Part shown: positions 26,437 through 38,221 of the stretch, one piece after another
Numbering within the stretch: position 1 is the stretch's first letter
Layout: the number at the start of each line of letters is the position of its first letter
Assembly: GCA_038087875.1 (NCBI GenBank)
Contig: CM075989.1
Coordinates: forward strand, 4,464,001 to 4,528,000
Source: Malacoraja senta
Lineage: Eukaryota
Direction of reading: 5' to 3'
Length of the DNA: 64,000 nucleotides
Program-made: the position numbers and the translations under genes
The notes under the pieces: model-generated
What the model saw: the letters and a program-made list of their open reading frames with translations, nothing else
Database searches by the model: none
Told to the model about the DNA's origin: nothing

Positions 26437-28746
26437 ATTCCTCTGGTTTAAAGGGGATCTGATTCATTTCATTCTTGAAATGAATTACTGCATTTGTGGT
26501 ACAAATGTTATTATGAATGCATGATTGATTATTCTCGTTCCGAGTCAATCTATGCAGTGAGAAGCCGGGATTGATCCACGGCATGAAATCACAAAGCTTT
26601 AAAATCTTCACGTAGTCACTCACGTGACTCCGAAGTAAAATAGTAAGATTAAACGAGAACTTACCTAAGTTTGAAGTTTGATCTTTATTTTATGAGGAGT
26701 TACGTGGGTGATTACGTGCCCACCACGACCCTACCCTCTATCATAAAGGTTAGATGGAAGTTCTTGTCTTACTCGTTTTAGTATGAGACTATATTACTTC
26801 GGTTGTTGTTTTTTGTGATTTCACACCGCTGCTTTGAAGATTGACGCGCAGGCGCACTGGCGGGGTTCTTCACGTAATCACCTACGTAACTCCTCATAAA
26901 ATAAAGATCAAACTTCAAACTTAGGTAAGTTCTCGTTTAATCTTACTATTCATGGGGTTAGACCAAGACAATTGACATAAATCCCCACTTCAATTCATTG
27001 GTTCTACAGGAGTCAGGCTCTCAGTGGGCAAGACATCATCCAATTCACCACTTGACCAATTTGTGTGCAAGTGAAAACAGACAGAAGGAGCAGAGCATCC
27101 GGATTTCAATTTAATGTCTGTATTTTAGGTTGTGTTTCTTTCATCATGTGTACAGAGTACTGTGAGAGGCTTTGTTTTGCATGTTATCCATCAAATTGGA
27201 TAATACTGGACAGAAAGCACAGTCAAGCCAAACTCAAATACAATAAAGATACGGAGTGTAGAATATAGTTCTCAATGATTCACATTGATTTACTAGAAGA
27301 AGCCAGTGGATAGAAAGCATGAACATGGCAGGCATTTCTCAGGGCACTGTGAAATTCACATTCCAAGTGAAGGGAAGTTCTAGATCTGAGCTGATGCCTT
27401 CGTCGTTTAACAATTACAACAATCCCCGCTGAGTTACTCCAGCTTTTTGTGTCTATCTTTGGTATAAACCAGCATGTGTAGTTCCTTGCTGCACTCTTTA
27501 TATTCTTGACTGGGCTCGTATGAATGAAGATCACTTCTGCAAGGTAGTAAAAACTACATGTGACTGTAAATCTCCAGCAAAGAGTTTGTCTTCTCTGGGA
27601 GAAAGGGAGGGAAATGGCAGTAAGGCTGTGCCCAAACAAGGAACACCCTGTGCTATAGGTCCGGCAATAACACAACAGCTAATTATCTGAAATGCCTGGT
27701 TATTGGTTTGCACGAAGTGGGAGCAGATGGCACATGTGGAAGTGCGGAAGATTACAGTTCACAATGGTGACAGTCATCTCTCTTCACAAGTCGCTGAGTG
27801 ATTGTTTTGTTCGAAGAGATCAACCTGCCCAAACTATTTTCATATAGCAGCAGAACACGTTCCCAACTGCTCGGCCTCCCCTCAGCTGCTCCCTCCACCC
27901 CCACCCCAATCCCAGCTGTTTGATACTGCAGGGTCTCCCTTTAACATAGTTCCGAGCAGCACTCAGTCTAATCCCCGCTAACAAAGCAGTTCAGTCCCAG
28001 GGCAGTGGGACAAGTTGGGACCTGTTAATAAGAAAGCATGTTCAATCCCAAGACACCGCTTTCAGTCAATTGTCATTTTGTTGAGCTCTCCTGGCTCCTC
28101 ACTTTAAGACTCAACTGTTTTGTTTGGATAATTATCGGGTGTCTGACTTGATTACACATCTAAAATTGAAACCCTGCAGTGTACCCACTGTGATCCCAAC
28201 TCCGCTGTAAGTAATGTGGAGATGGACAGTCAACACACATGCACCTGTCTGTCTGGATATGCAGATTCCTTCTGCACATTTTTATTGCCAGTTCTCTGCC
28301 CTCGTTGTGCATTACAAGAGTGTGAGCTGTCCTCCGATATTTCATTCAAATGACCACTCATGTATGAAGAGTGTATGTTAACAGTCAATTTGATCATGCG
28401 GGTATCACAGTGGAGTCTGATCTCATTCTCCATGTCTGTACAAATGCACTCTCCAGTAGGAGTCTCCAGCTCGCAATTAAATGCAGGAGGGCTGGCTGTT
28501 TTTCTTCCTCACTATACCTGGAGTACCAAGGACTGCTGTAGAAACCCACAGCATGGCTTTGGCGGTGATCAACTATCAACCATCTCGGCATCCAATGGAA
28601 AGAAAATCTTTTTTTTTCTACTCTAAAAATATTTTGAAAGTTTAGTTTTGTCTAGTTTAGAGATACAGAGTAGAAACAGGCCCTTCAGCCCCCCGAGTCT
28701 GCTCCGACCAGCTATCCTACACACTATCCTACACTATCCTACACAC

Positions 28747-28921
28747 TTCTTCTTATCGAGTCCACACACAAGATTAGAAGTTGTTCAGCCAGAGCTGAAC
28801 ACACTTCTCGGCATCTGCATACAATGGTGTCTGTCTTGTCACTTCTTGTACTTCTTGTGCGTGGTGGTGGAAAGATTGGTGGAGACAGGGCCGTGACGTG
28901 AACGCTCTTTCCTTGAACCCC
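28747..28921 (-). mobile_element. 175-bp non-autonomous retroposon with a 5' HDV-like ribozyme and (AAG)n tail
   Basis: Inserted in a SINE; imperfect flanking repeat atcctacacac / atcctataaac; (ctt)3 at 28746-28754. Confidence 0.7.
28869..28921 (-). ncRNA. Minimal HDV/CPEB3-like ribozyme, slightly decayed (predicted)
   Basis: GGGGTT C AA GGAAAGA(P2) GCG(P3) TTCACGT(L3) CAC GGCCCT(P1') GTCTCCA C CAA TCTTTCC(P2'); P2 is perfect, P3 has one mismatch, P1 is 6 bp with G-U pairs. Confidence 0.65.
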
Positions 28922-29329
28922 ATCCTATAAACCTGCACATCTTTGGGAGTGTGGGAGGAATTCAGATCAACAGAGAAAATCCATGCGGTCACTGGGAGAA
29001 CGTACAAACTCCATACAAACAGTACCTGTAGTCAGGATCGAACCCGGGATTCTGGCACTGTGCCACCGTGCCATCAAGATATTTGTTAAGATATTTTCAA
29101 TTTTATTCAAGTAACTTAAAAGGGTTGAAAAATGAGTGTGGATAATTTTGCGCATAATGGGAAAAGTTTTGGAAGATTGAGAATTGGAAAAGTTTGTCAA
29201 GATTACATCAATTCCACCAGGACTTGGCAGCACATCAGTATGTGAAACTTATATTCCAGGGTGAACACTGTTCAATATCGCAAAGTACACCATACTGTGA
29301 ATTATCTTCAATTGCAGTAGACGTTGGGG

Positions 29330-29637
29330 ACCGCACAGTGCCGCAGCGGTAGAGTTGCTGCCTTACAGCGCCAGAAACCCGGGTTCTGACTATGGGTGCT
29401 GTCTGTACGGAGTTTGTACATTCTCCCCATATACTGTGTGGGTTTCCCCGGGAGCTCTGGTTTCCTGCCAACACTCCAAAGATGCACAGGTTGATAGGTT
29501 AATTGGCTTGGTAAAATTGTAAATTGTCCCTCATGTGGGTAGGATAATGTTGGTGTGCGGGGATTGCTGGTCGTCACGGACTCGGTGGGCCAAAGGTCTG
29601 TTTCCGTGCTGTATCTCTCAATTAAACTGAACTAAAC
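29330..29637 (+). mobile_element. V-SINE
   Basis: A-box, V-domain, tail. Confidence 0.8.
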
Positions 29638-29689
29638 TTACATTCTGAAACATAGAGTTATTATATCAAAGGCAGGACTATTAAAAGGA

Positions 29690-30070
29690 GGCAGACAAAA
29701 ATGCTGGAGAAACTCAGCCGGTGAGGCAGCATCTATGGAATGATGGAATAGGTTACGTTTTGGGTCGAGACCCTTCTTGAGACTGATGTGGGGATGGGGG
29801 GGCGGGGAAAGAAGAAAGGAAGAGGCGGAGACAGTGGGCTGTGGGAGAGCTGGGAAGGGGAGGGGAAGGTGGGAGAAAGCAAGGACTACCTGAAATTGGA
29901 GAGTCAATGTTCATACCGCTGGGGTGTAAACTGCCCCAGCAAAATATGAGGTGCTGCTCCTCCAATTTGTGGGGGACTCACTCTGGCTATTGAGGAGGCC
30001 CAGGACAGAAAGGTTGGATACGGAATGGGAAGGGAAGTTGAAGTGCTGACCCACTGGGAGATTCGGTTCA
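29690..30070 (-). mobile_element. Penelope-like element 3' fragment
   Basis: Peptides LPVGQHFNFPSHS..LSVLGL and EEQHLIFCWGSLHPSGMNID (GIY-YIG C-terminus) followed by the pLTR. Confidence 0.8.
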
Positions 30071-30797
30071 ATCTCCCAAAAATACTGTATAATCTTTCGT
30101 GCTCCCAAAATGACAGACAAAGCCTCAATTTAGTATCATTCAGAGGTCCTCACGATACATTGCTCAGCATGCCATCCCAATCACTGGAGTGTTAGCCAAG
30201 ATTAAATGTTCAAAGTGAAATACAATCTTTTGAATCAGAGAGGACTGTACCAATACAGACACAAACACTCCTGTCAGCATTACAACCAACTTCAATAGGT
30301 AAAAATATATACAGTATTCACACAATGTTCACTCTTGGTCAATAACCTTAATCGGGAAGTCTGTTGCAATATGGCCATCCCTCACCTCTCCAGAGTAAAT
30401 AGCAGCAGATACGCTCCCTATTTTTTTATTTTATACAACCCAACTCTCTGATTATGCGTATTCCCCAACTTCTGAGTGTTAGCTGGAAATTCAACATTTA
30501 CAGCATCACTTGCTAATGGTGTTTAGACCAGCAGTCACTCAGTGTGCAATTAGATGGCCATTCTTTACCCTTTTTCTCATCAAGAGTTACGATGCAAATA
30601 CCAGCCAGCGAGATCAACTTTCATTCAACTCTTTCACATCTGCACCACATCTCTCACTGGCCATTAATGGCAGACTTTGAAAAGTAAAGTTGGAGTTGTA
30701 AATGGTGAGCTGACAGCTGAAGTGTCTGAAGAAGGGTCTCGACTCAAAACGTCACCCATTCCTTCTCTCCAGTGATGTTGCCTGTCCCGCTGAGTTA

Positions 30798-31019
30798 AGG
30801 GCCTGTCCTTTCACGACCTCTGCCGAGTTTGCCCTTGACTCATACTCGCAGCATGGTCGTCACGAGGTCGTAGGAGGTCGTAGGAGTTTGTGGGTAGTTC
30901 ATAGCAGGCCGTGATGCTAGTCGTAGGTACTCGTGGCATCAAGTAGGTCGGGGCGTTTTTTCTAGCATGATGAAAAAATGTCCACGAGTGAAAAAGGTCG
31001 TGAAAGTGGGACAGGCCCT
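30798..31019. mobile_element. PIF/Harbinger MITE inserted in a Penelope pLTR
   Basis: TIR agggcctgtcc / gggacaggccct; TTA TSD at 30795-30797 and 31020-31022. Confidence 0.85.
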
Positions 31020-31609
31020 TTACTCCAATTTTTTGTGTCTATCTTCAGCAAAAGTTTTCCATGAGAAACACTAGACATGAAGTACAACATTGGAAGATGA
31101 CATAAATTTAACGTTCTTGTCGACTGAATTTCCATCAAAGGCAAGAGATCAATAATTCTGATATGTCATCCCAGAACAAACATTCCAATTTTTTTAGTTT
31201 AAAAAAATATAAACATTCAAATGAGAATAAAAAGGAAGATTTGCACATATTTTGCCCTTCAATATCTCTGCATTATTTTCAAAATTAAGCAGCAAATGTG
31301 ACAATGTAGGAAACACAAAAGCGACAAAATGTGCAGGAAGGAACTGCAGATGCTGATTTAAATTGAAGATAGACACAAAATGCTGGAGTAACTCAGTGGG
31401 ACAGGCAGCTTCTCTGGAGAGAAGGAATGGGTGATGTTTCGAGTCGAGACCCTTCTTCAGACTATAATTTGCTCCATTTAAGGTGATAATAACCAGATTA
31501 TCCATAATTATGTAGGGGATAAATAGTACCCATGATAAAAATTGGTGAAGATTATATTGAAAAAGCAAATATCTTTATTGGAGGTGCACAAGATCATATC
31601 CAGGACATA

Positions 31610-31855
31610 TGGATGTTATGTTACAGCTGTACAAGGCATAGATGAGGCAGCTCTCGGACTATTGTGCTTAGTTTTTGCTCTCCCTCCTATATGAAAGATG
31701 CTATTAAACTGGAAAGAGTCCAGAGAAGATTTCTAAAGATTTATGAGGATGTTGCCAGGACTCAAGGGCCTCAACTATAGGGAGAGGTTGGGGAGGCTAG
31801 AACTTTATTCCTTCGAGCGCAGGAAGCTGAGAGGTGATCTTATCGAGGTGTATTG
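31610..31855 (+). mobile_element. CR1 ORF2 fragment
   Basis: MLPGLKGLNYRERLGRLELYSFERRKLRGDLIEVY. Confidence 0.8.
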
Positions 31856-32309
31856 TAGCACAATGCAAAAAGAGTTTTATTCTGTATGTAGTGTAGCTGT
31901 CGTTGCGGAGCGTCCAGCCGCGGGCGGCACTGAGTTTAAACACCGCGGAGCCTGGGATCTCTCGCCGAGGTCGCCAGTGTTGGAGCTCCGACCAGCGCGG
32001 CATGTGGACTTCGGGAGCCGCGGTCTCTGGCAGCAAGCGGCCGTTCCAGACACTCCAAGCCGCTGAAGAGTGTTCTCCCGACGCCGGAGCTCCATCATCC
32101 GGCGAGAGGGCCTGATACATCGGGCCGCCGTTGCGGCGACTGCGGAGGCCTCAAGTAGGCCTCAAGCACAGGGTGAACAAGAGGATGATGACTGGACTTT
32201 GCTGCCTTCCTTCACAGTGGGAACCATTGCGGGGGATGTTTTTATGTTTGGTGTTAAATTCTTCTTTGGTGTTGAGTCTTATTTTTATTGGTGTGCTGCA
32301 AATGAGAAA

Positions 32310-32494
32310 TTGAGAAAATGGCTGCCGGAAGTGAGAGTGAACGCTGGCGCGACTAGCTGCCGCTGCTCTCTCTCCGAATTCTGTCATTTGTTGTAAACTT
32401 GTAATTTGTCTGTAAACTTGTTTGAACTGTAAGGTGTCCTTGAGAGTCCTGAAAGGTGCCCATAAATAAAATGCATTATTATTATTATTATTAT
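32310..32494 (+). mobile_element. Short element with an L2-type 3' tail
   Basis: tgtaaggtgtccttgag...gaaaggtgcccataaataaa followed by (att)n. Confidence 0.55.
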
Positions 32495-33325
32495 TTAACG
32501 GATCCAGTAATATTAGATCAAGCGGTGAATCTACTGTAACCTCTGCCATTTCTATTTGAAAAGGCAATGTGGATAAAGTGTTACTATGTCTTTTAGAGAA
32601 GTGGGAGAATCCCTTAATGTTGGATAAATAGGAAGCAAATACTGAGCATGATGCCCCATTGTATGAATATTTAAAACCTTTTGGATAGGCAGATGTGTAG
32701 GGAATGGAGGGATATGTAGAGGTAGATAAGTGATGGTCCATTTCACTATTCCCATCTAGAAATCTGGTTACATCCAACATTGGCCACTTCTGAAGAAAGG
32801 TTTATCAACCTGAAATGTTAACTTGCTTTTGTTCTTCACAGATGCCGCCTGGTCTATTAAGTATTTCCAGTTTTCCATGTTTATGTTAGCTCTAGATTAT
32901 GTATTTTGAGTCTCTGGATTTTGTCCTGAATTAATATCTCTCTAAATACCAGATGCAGCACATAAAATTCATCACATTGACTTGTTGGATTAAACAATCA
33001 AATCATAATCAGATCAATGGCAAAGATGATTTTAAAAAAAAGAGCTATTTGGAATAGCACAAGAAGACAGAATATAGAACAGTACAGCACAGGAACAGGC
33101 CCTTCAGATCACAATGTCCGTGCCAAACATAATGCCAAATTAAACTGATATCCTCTAACTGCACATCATTCATATCCCTCCATTCTCTGCATTTCCATGT
33201 GCCTATCTAAAAAGCCTCTTACATGCCTCAATCATATCTGCCTGCACCACTACCCTGGCAGTGCCTTCCACGTACCCACCACTCTCTATATAAAAACTTT
33301 CTTCACACATCTCCTTTAAACTTTA

Positions 33326-35487
33326 AGGGTCTGTCCCACTTTACGCTATTTTTAGGCGACTACAGGCGACTAGGCTGTCGCCACATGGTCGCCGGGGTGT
33401 TGCCTGTATGGTAGTGAGTCGTCTCCTCAGTCGCCCAAAGAGTCGTAGTGTCTTTCTGGTCGCCGCTGGATTTTCAGCATGTTCAAAAATTCTTGGTGAC
33501 AGTCGGCGACAGTGGGTTGACGCCAATGAGCGTAGCTTGACTTCTCCTGATGTAGGTGCTGTCGTAGGTTGTCGCCAGGTGACGTAGGGTGTCGCCGGTG
33601 CTGACTTTGGTGAATTCCATTGGCGGCTACCTACGTCAACCTACGTCAACCTACGTCAACCGGCGACATGTATCGGCAACTGAATTGTCTTCAGTTGTCA
33701 CCGACAGGGTCTTAGCTTGTCGTGGGTGGACGTAGGTTGAATTCTGTTCTCGTAGGTTGTCGCCTGTGTGGTCGTAGGTTGTCATAGGTGCGTTTGTAGG
33801 TGGACATCCTAAAGGGCCTGTCCCACATAGGCGACTTGTTTTGCGTGTGCAGGCGACTGTCATAGTCTTGTTGAATCGCAGAAAAAGTGAATGTATCAAA
33901 CGCATCCTATGACTATGTAGAAGACATCCTGCAACTATGTAGGACAAGCTACGACTATCTACGACTTAATCACCGATGCACTCATGACAATTGGCGACCC
34001 AATAGTGGGGACTGAAGACGACCACCTTCGACTTACAGACGACTATACCCACGATCACAGAAAGCAAGCTACGACAAGCTACGACTGGCTACGTCTCTAT
34101 AGTCGTAAGATCACCTAAAAAAAAGGAGATTTACAAAGACCTCCTACAACCTTGTGTCGACCATGCTGCAGGTATGAGTCGAGGGCAAACTCGCTAGAAC
34201 TCGTGGATTAGGTCGCCCAGGTGGGACAGCCCCTTAATATACCTTTTTTTTTCGCAATGAGCCAATGAAATGACCGGTCAGCAAAGGCGATTAACCAAGA
34301 CTACCTACGACTATCACTACCTACGATTACCTACGATAACATGGCGACCCCACTACGACTAGACCTACGACTACAAAAAGATTGATTTTTTTCCCTGGCG
34401 ACTAATTTTTGGTCGCGGAAAAATTTTCAACATGTTGAAACATTTTCGGCGACCACACTGAGGCCGCGACTAGTTTCCAAAATGCGGGAACTCCTCCCGA
34501 CCATGAAGGAGACCACCTGCGACCATGTGGCGATCTTGGTCTGATGCTCGGCGGACATTAACATTACCGGTCGGTTATCCTTGGCCTGTCCCACTTAGGC
34601 GATTTTTCAGCAAAAAGAGCAACTGTAACGGCGACTGTCAGAGTGGAACACACACACAAACACATCGCTTCCTTCACCAGCCCATGTGAATATTTTAGAC
34701 AGCTCTCCCCCGCTTGCCCTGTCTAAAAAATTCACACGTTGCAAAGCCAAGGTGACACAGACACACACCGCGATGAACAGGAAGGTTGGTGCTGTAATTA
34801 AGACGGCTAAAGCACAGTGTACGGTAAGTCCTATAAAAGAGGGTGGAGAGGGGGGGGGGAAGGGGGGAGAAGGGGGGAGAAGGAGTGGAGACAACTTTTA
34901 AGAATTCAGAGATACACGGCTGTGAAGCTCGGCGGACATTAACATTACCAGTCGGGCATCCTTGGTTCTGAAAACTACTGCTTATGTTTTTTTCCCAATC
35001 AGCCAATGAAATTCACCGGTCAGCACCGGCTACAACCTATTAGAACCTCCGAGAACCTTTGACCTCCTGGCAACCAATTAGGACCTCCTGGCGACCCACC
35101 TACGGCTCGAGAATTCTCCATGGCGGCTTCATGCTAGTCGGCGCTAATTTTTCTACGTTGAAAAATTCGCGGCGACCATAATGAGGTCGCGACTAGTTCC
35201 CAGAATGTGGGAACTCCTCGCGACCATGAAGGCGACTCCCCGGCAACTACCCGCGAACATATGGCGACCATGTGGCGACTGCGTAGTCTCCTGCAGTCGC
35301 TTAAAATGTCGCCTAAGTGGGACAGGCCCATGATGCGTTGCCGGTTGTTGGTAGCTTGACGTCGACTAGGTGGTAGGTTGTTGTAGACATTGTTGTAGAC
35401 ATTGTCGTAGGGGGGTCCAGTCACCGTTTTTTCGACGACCTGCTACGATTTTGCCAGTCGCCGGCAGTCGCCTAAAAAATAGCCTAA
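33326..35487. mobile_element. Nested PIF/Harbinger MITE cluster inside a CR1 3' end
   Basis: Outer copy 33326-33812 plus 35331-35487; inner copy 33813-34234 with TAA TSD; further TIR-bounded unit 34583-35330. Confidence 0.8.
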
Positions 35488-36221
35488 AATTATTCCTCTC
35501 ACCTTAAAGCTATGCCCTGTAGTCTTTGAGGAGGAATGTTCTGCAAGATATAGTGTGAATGTGTTTATTAAACTGCTTCACTGTCACCCACTGGAGTTTG
35601 ATCAAATAATACCACTGGGTTTCATGTAAAATTACATGCCTTTTGCACTGGAATGGGGTATATAGATATCTAACTTAAAGGAATGAGTACTCTTAGCTGA
35701 AAGGGTTATTTCACATTGATTAACCATTTAGGGTTAATTTGTAGGGTCAGTTTTGTACAAACTTTAAGACTGTTCCATTGCATTCGATATTTTAATTTTC
35801 AAGACAATAACCATGCTTAATGAATTAACTTCCTTTAAATATTCATACTTATATCCTTTATATTTCCTACTAGGTAAAATAATCAGGTATATGTTAATTG
35901 CTTCCTCCTCCTTTCAAATTTAATGTTATTGGATGTTACACAAGGAATGATTAAAAAAATCAACCAGATACAAATATATTTGGACAAATTATCTCATTAG
36001 GTAACAGGATTTCAACGTAGATATTCCAAATTTGAGTTGTCCATAGGCACAATGTCCTTCCTTCTATTTTTGCATACTGTTTATCCAAATTGGACGTAAA
36101 AGGTACAAATAGGACTATGCTGGTACTCCAGACTCATTTGTTGCTTTTCTGAAGGCTGGCTATGGAATAATACTCATCAAAAGGAGCATTGCAGCCTGCA
36201 ACATTAATGGCTCTGTGTTGT

Positions 36222-36234
36222 GTTGCTTAGCAAC
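36222..36234. promoter_or_regulatory. RFX X-box-like palindrome GTTGCTTAGCAAC
   Basis: Motif match in non-repetitive sequence; function untested. Confidence 0.35.
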
Positions 36235-36573
36235 CTGCAGATGCCAGTGCAGCATTTGTGGATTCAGAACGGTTCTTTCATTTTTGCTTTTAACTCAGAC
36301 TGTCAGCTGCAAAATGGTTTCACAATTTAAGGTGTTGACCTGAGGATGGAAGGAAGTCAACAAGGATTGCTAAGACCCATTCTTTGGCTATTCACATGCT
36401 GTGGACCATGTGCTGTCACTTGTGAGCTTCTAAATATATGTAGTCGCAGGTTTTGGAAGGCAGAGCATCCATACCTTGCATGAAAACTTTCACCCTAATA
36501 GTCAAGGTTGAATCAGACCCACATCCAAAGATGGAAGAGTACAAGTGTTTTTTTTTGTCCATTTACTTCAAAA

Positions 36574-38221
36574 CTAGACTAAGTGGGACCCGTTGGGTCC
36601 CATTCTCACACGGGAGGCCTGGTCCCCCAACGCAATATTCCACCTCTCCACTAATTCCAATGTTCCACCACTCACGCATTGCCCCCAACTGCGCAGGCGC
36701 GGCTGACGGGTTCCTGTTGTGACGCCCCTGAACCCCCTCCTCCCCTCACCCCCCCCACTCCACCACTTGCCCTCCCCCCCCCACACACACTCACTCCATC
36801 CCCCCTCAAACCCCACCTCCCCATCCACTCTTAGTGGCTCTCCGGCGGCGCAGCTATTCCCTCCCATTGTGTTCCCATTGTGACATAGAACATGCAGGTA
36901 TTACTGCGCAGGTGCAGCTGACAGGCACAGCAAGTGGAAAAGGGATTTATTAAAGCTTAAAATGTAAATAACTTAAAATATAGCAACAATTTAAACGTTA
37001 AAGAGGAGATTTATTGTCCATTCTTTCTTGTTGCATCTCTTGTTGCATTCTGCAGCCGGGGGAGGGGGTCGGCTTCAGGCGGGGGCTGTCGGTGGCCGGT
37101 GGGGGGAGCGTCCTGCAGCCTGGGGAAGGGCACGGCTTCAGGCGGGGGCTGTTGAGGGCCGGTGGGGAAGGGGGGAGCGTCCTGCAGCCAGGAGAGGGGG
37201 GAGGCGCTTTCTGGAGGGCTAGTGTGGGTGTTGTGGGCCGAATGGGTTCTTGGACTCACAGTTCACTCACTCACGACTGGTGGGCTCACAGTTCACTCAC
37301 TCACGGTTGGTGGGCTCACAGTTCACTCGCTCACGGCTGGTGGGCTCACAGTTCACTCACTCGCGGCTGGTGGGCTCACAGTTCACTCACTCGCGGCTGG
37401 TGGGCTCACAGTTCACTCACTCGCGGCTGGTGGGCTCACAGTTCACTCACTCATGGCTGGTGGGCTCACAGTTCACTCACGGCAGGTGAGCTCACAGTTC
37501 ACTCACTCACGGCTGGTGGGCTCACAGTTCACTCATTCATGATTGGTGGACTCACAGTTCACTCACTCACGGCTGGTGGACCTCTGGACTTAGGCTCGAC
37601 TTCTGGACTCAAGCGCGACTTCCAGACTCAAGCGCGACTTCCAGACTCCAGCGCGACTTCCGAACTCAAGCGCGACTTCCGGACTCAAGCGCGACTTCCG
37701 GACTCAGCACGACTTCCAGACTCAGCATGGCTTGTGGACACGCAGTTCAGTCACTCGCGGCTGGTGGACTCACAGTTCATTCACTCACGGGTTGTGCACT
37801 CACAGTTCAGTCACTCATGGCTGGTGGACTCACAGTTCAGTCACTCACGGCTAGTGGACGCACAGTTCACTCACTAACGGCTTGTGGACTCACAGTTCTG
37901 AACTCAACTCTCACTCACGGCTTCCGGGCTGACTGACTCACACCCGGTCTCATGGGGCTTTACTCTTCTTGCCCCCGGAAGGGGCGTTACCTTCATGGTG
38001 AATGACAGGCGAGAAGACCAATATGCTGATCTCATGATTTTTTAAACCTTCATAAGTTTTCTAATATTCCACCGATCGGAACAAAACTTGGTGTGCTTGG
38101 AGCAGAGGAGAATGGCGAGTAACGTGGTGAAAATCCTAGCGATATAGGGTACCATTTTTGCACAAATTGGAAAAAAACACAGACCGGAAGTGTTCAAGAT
38201 GAGTTTTAGTAATAGTATAGA
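36574..38221 (-). mobile_element. Non-autonomous Helitron
   Basis: Minus strand starts A|TCTATACT and ends with an 8-bp hairpin (36584-36602) followed by CTAG|T; no TSD. Confidence 0.85.
37250..37925. repeat. 30-bp minisatellite interrupted by a 19-bp tandem repeat (~37597-37726)
   Basis: Units tgggctcacagttcactcactcacggctgg and actcaagcgcgacttccag. Confidence 0.92.

Larger units (their letters stand above)
22189..26950 (+). mobile_element. DIRS1-type tyrosine-recombinase retrotransposon, full-length but frameshifted
   Basis: Inverted terminal repeats (~22199-22250 vs ~26842-26893), internal complementary region 26605-26718, and gag/RT/RNaseH/MT/YR coding remnants in the expected order. Confidence 0.95.
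28640..29072 (-). mobile_element. V-SINE interrupted by the 28747-28921 insert
   Basis: SINE tail at 28640-28746, body at 28922-29072. Confidence 0.75.

Noticed and set aside
30120..30250. Possible ancient Deu-type SINE remnant
   Set aside because: Resemblance is from memory only and too degenerate to support without an alignment
37014..37877. 287-aa ORF with GWWAHSSLTR repeats
   Set aside because: Translation of a 30-bp minisatellite inside a Helitron; overlapping frames are open too, with no sign of a real gene
37250..37925. CRISPR-like regular repeats
   Set aside because: Head-to-tail tandem units with no unique spacers, no cas genes, eukaryotic context
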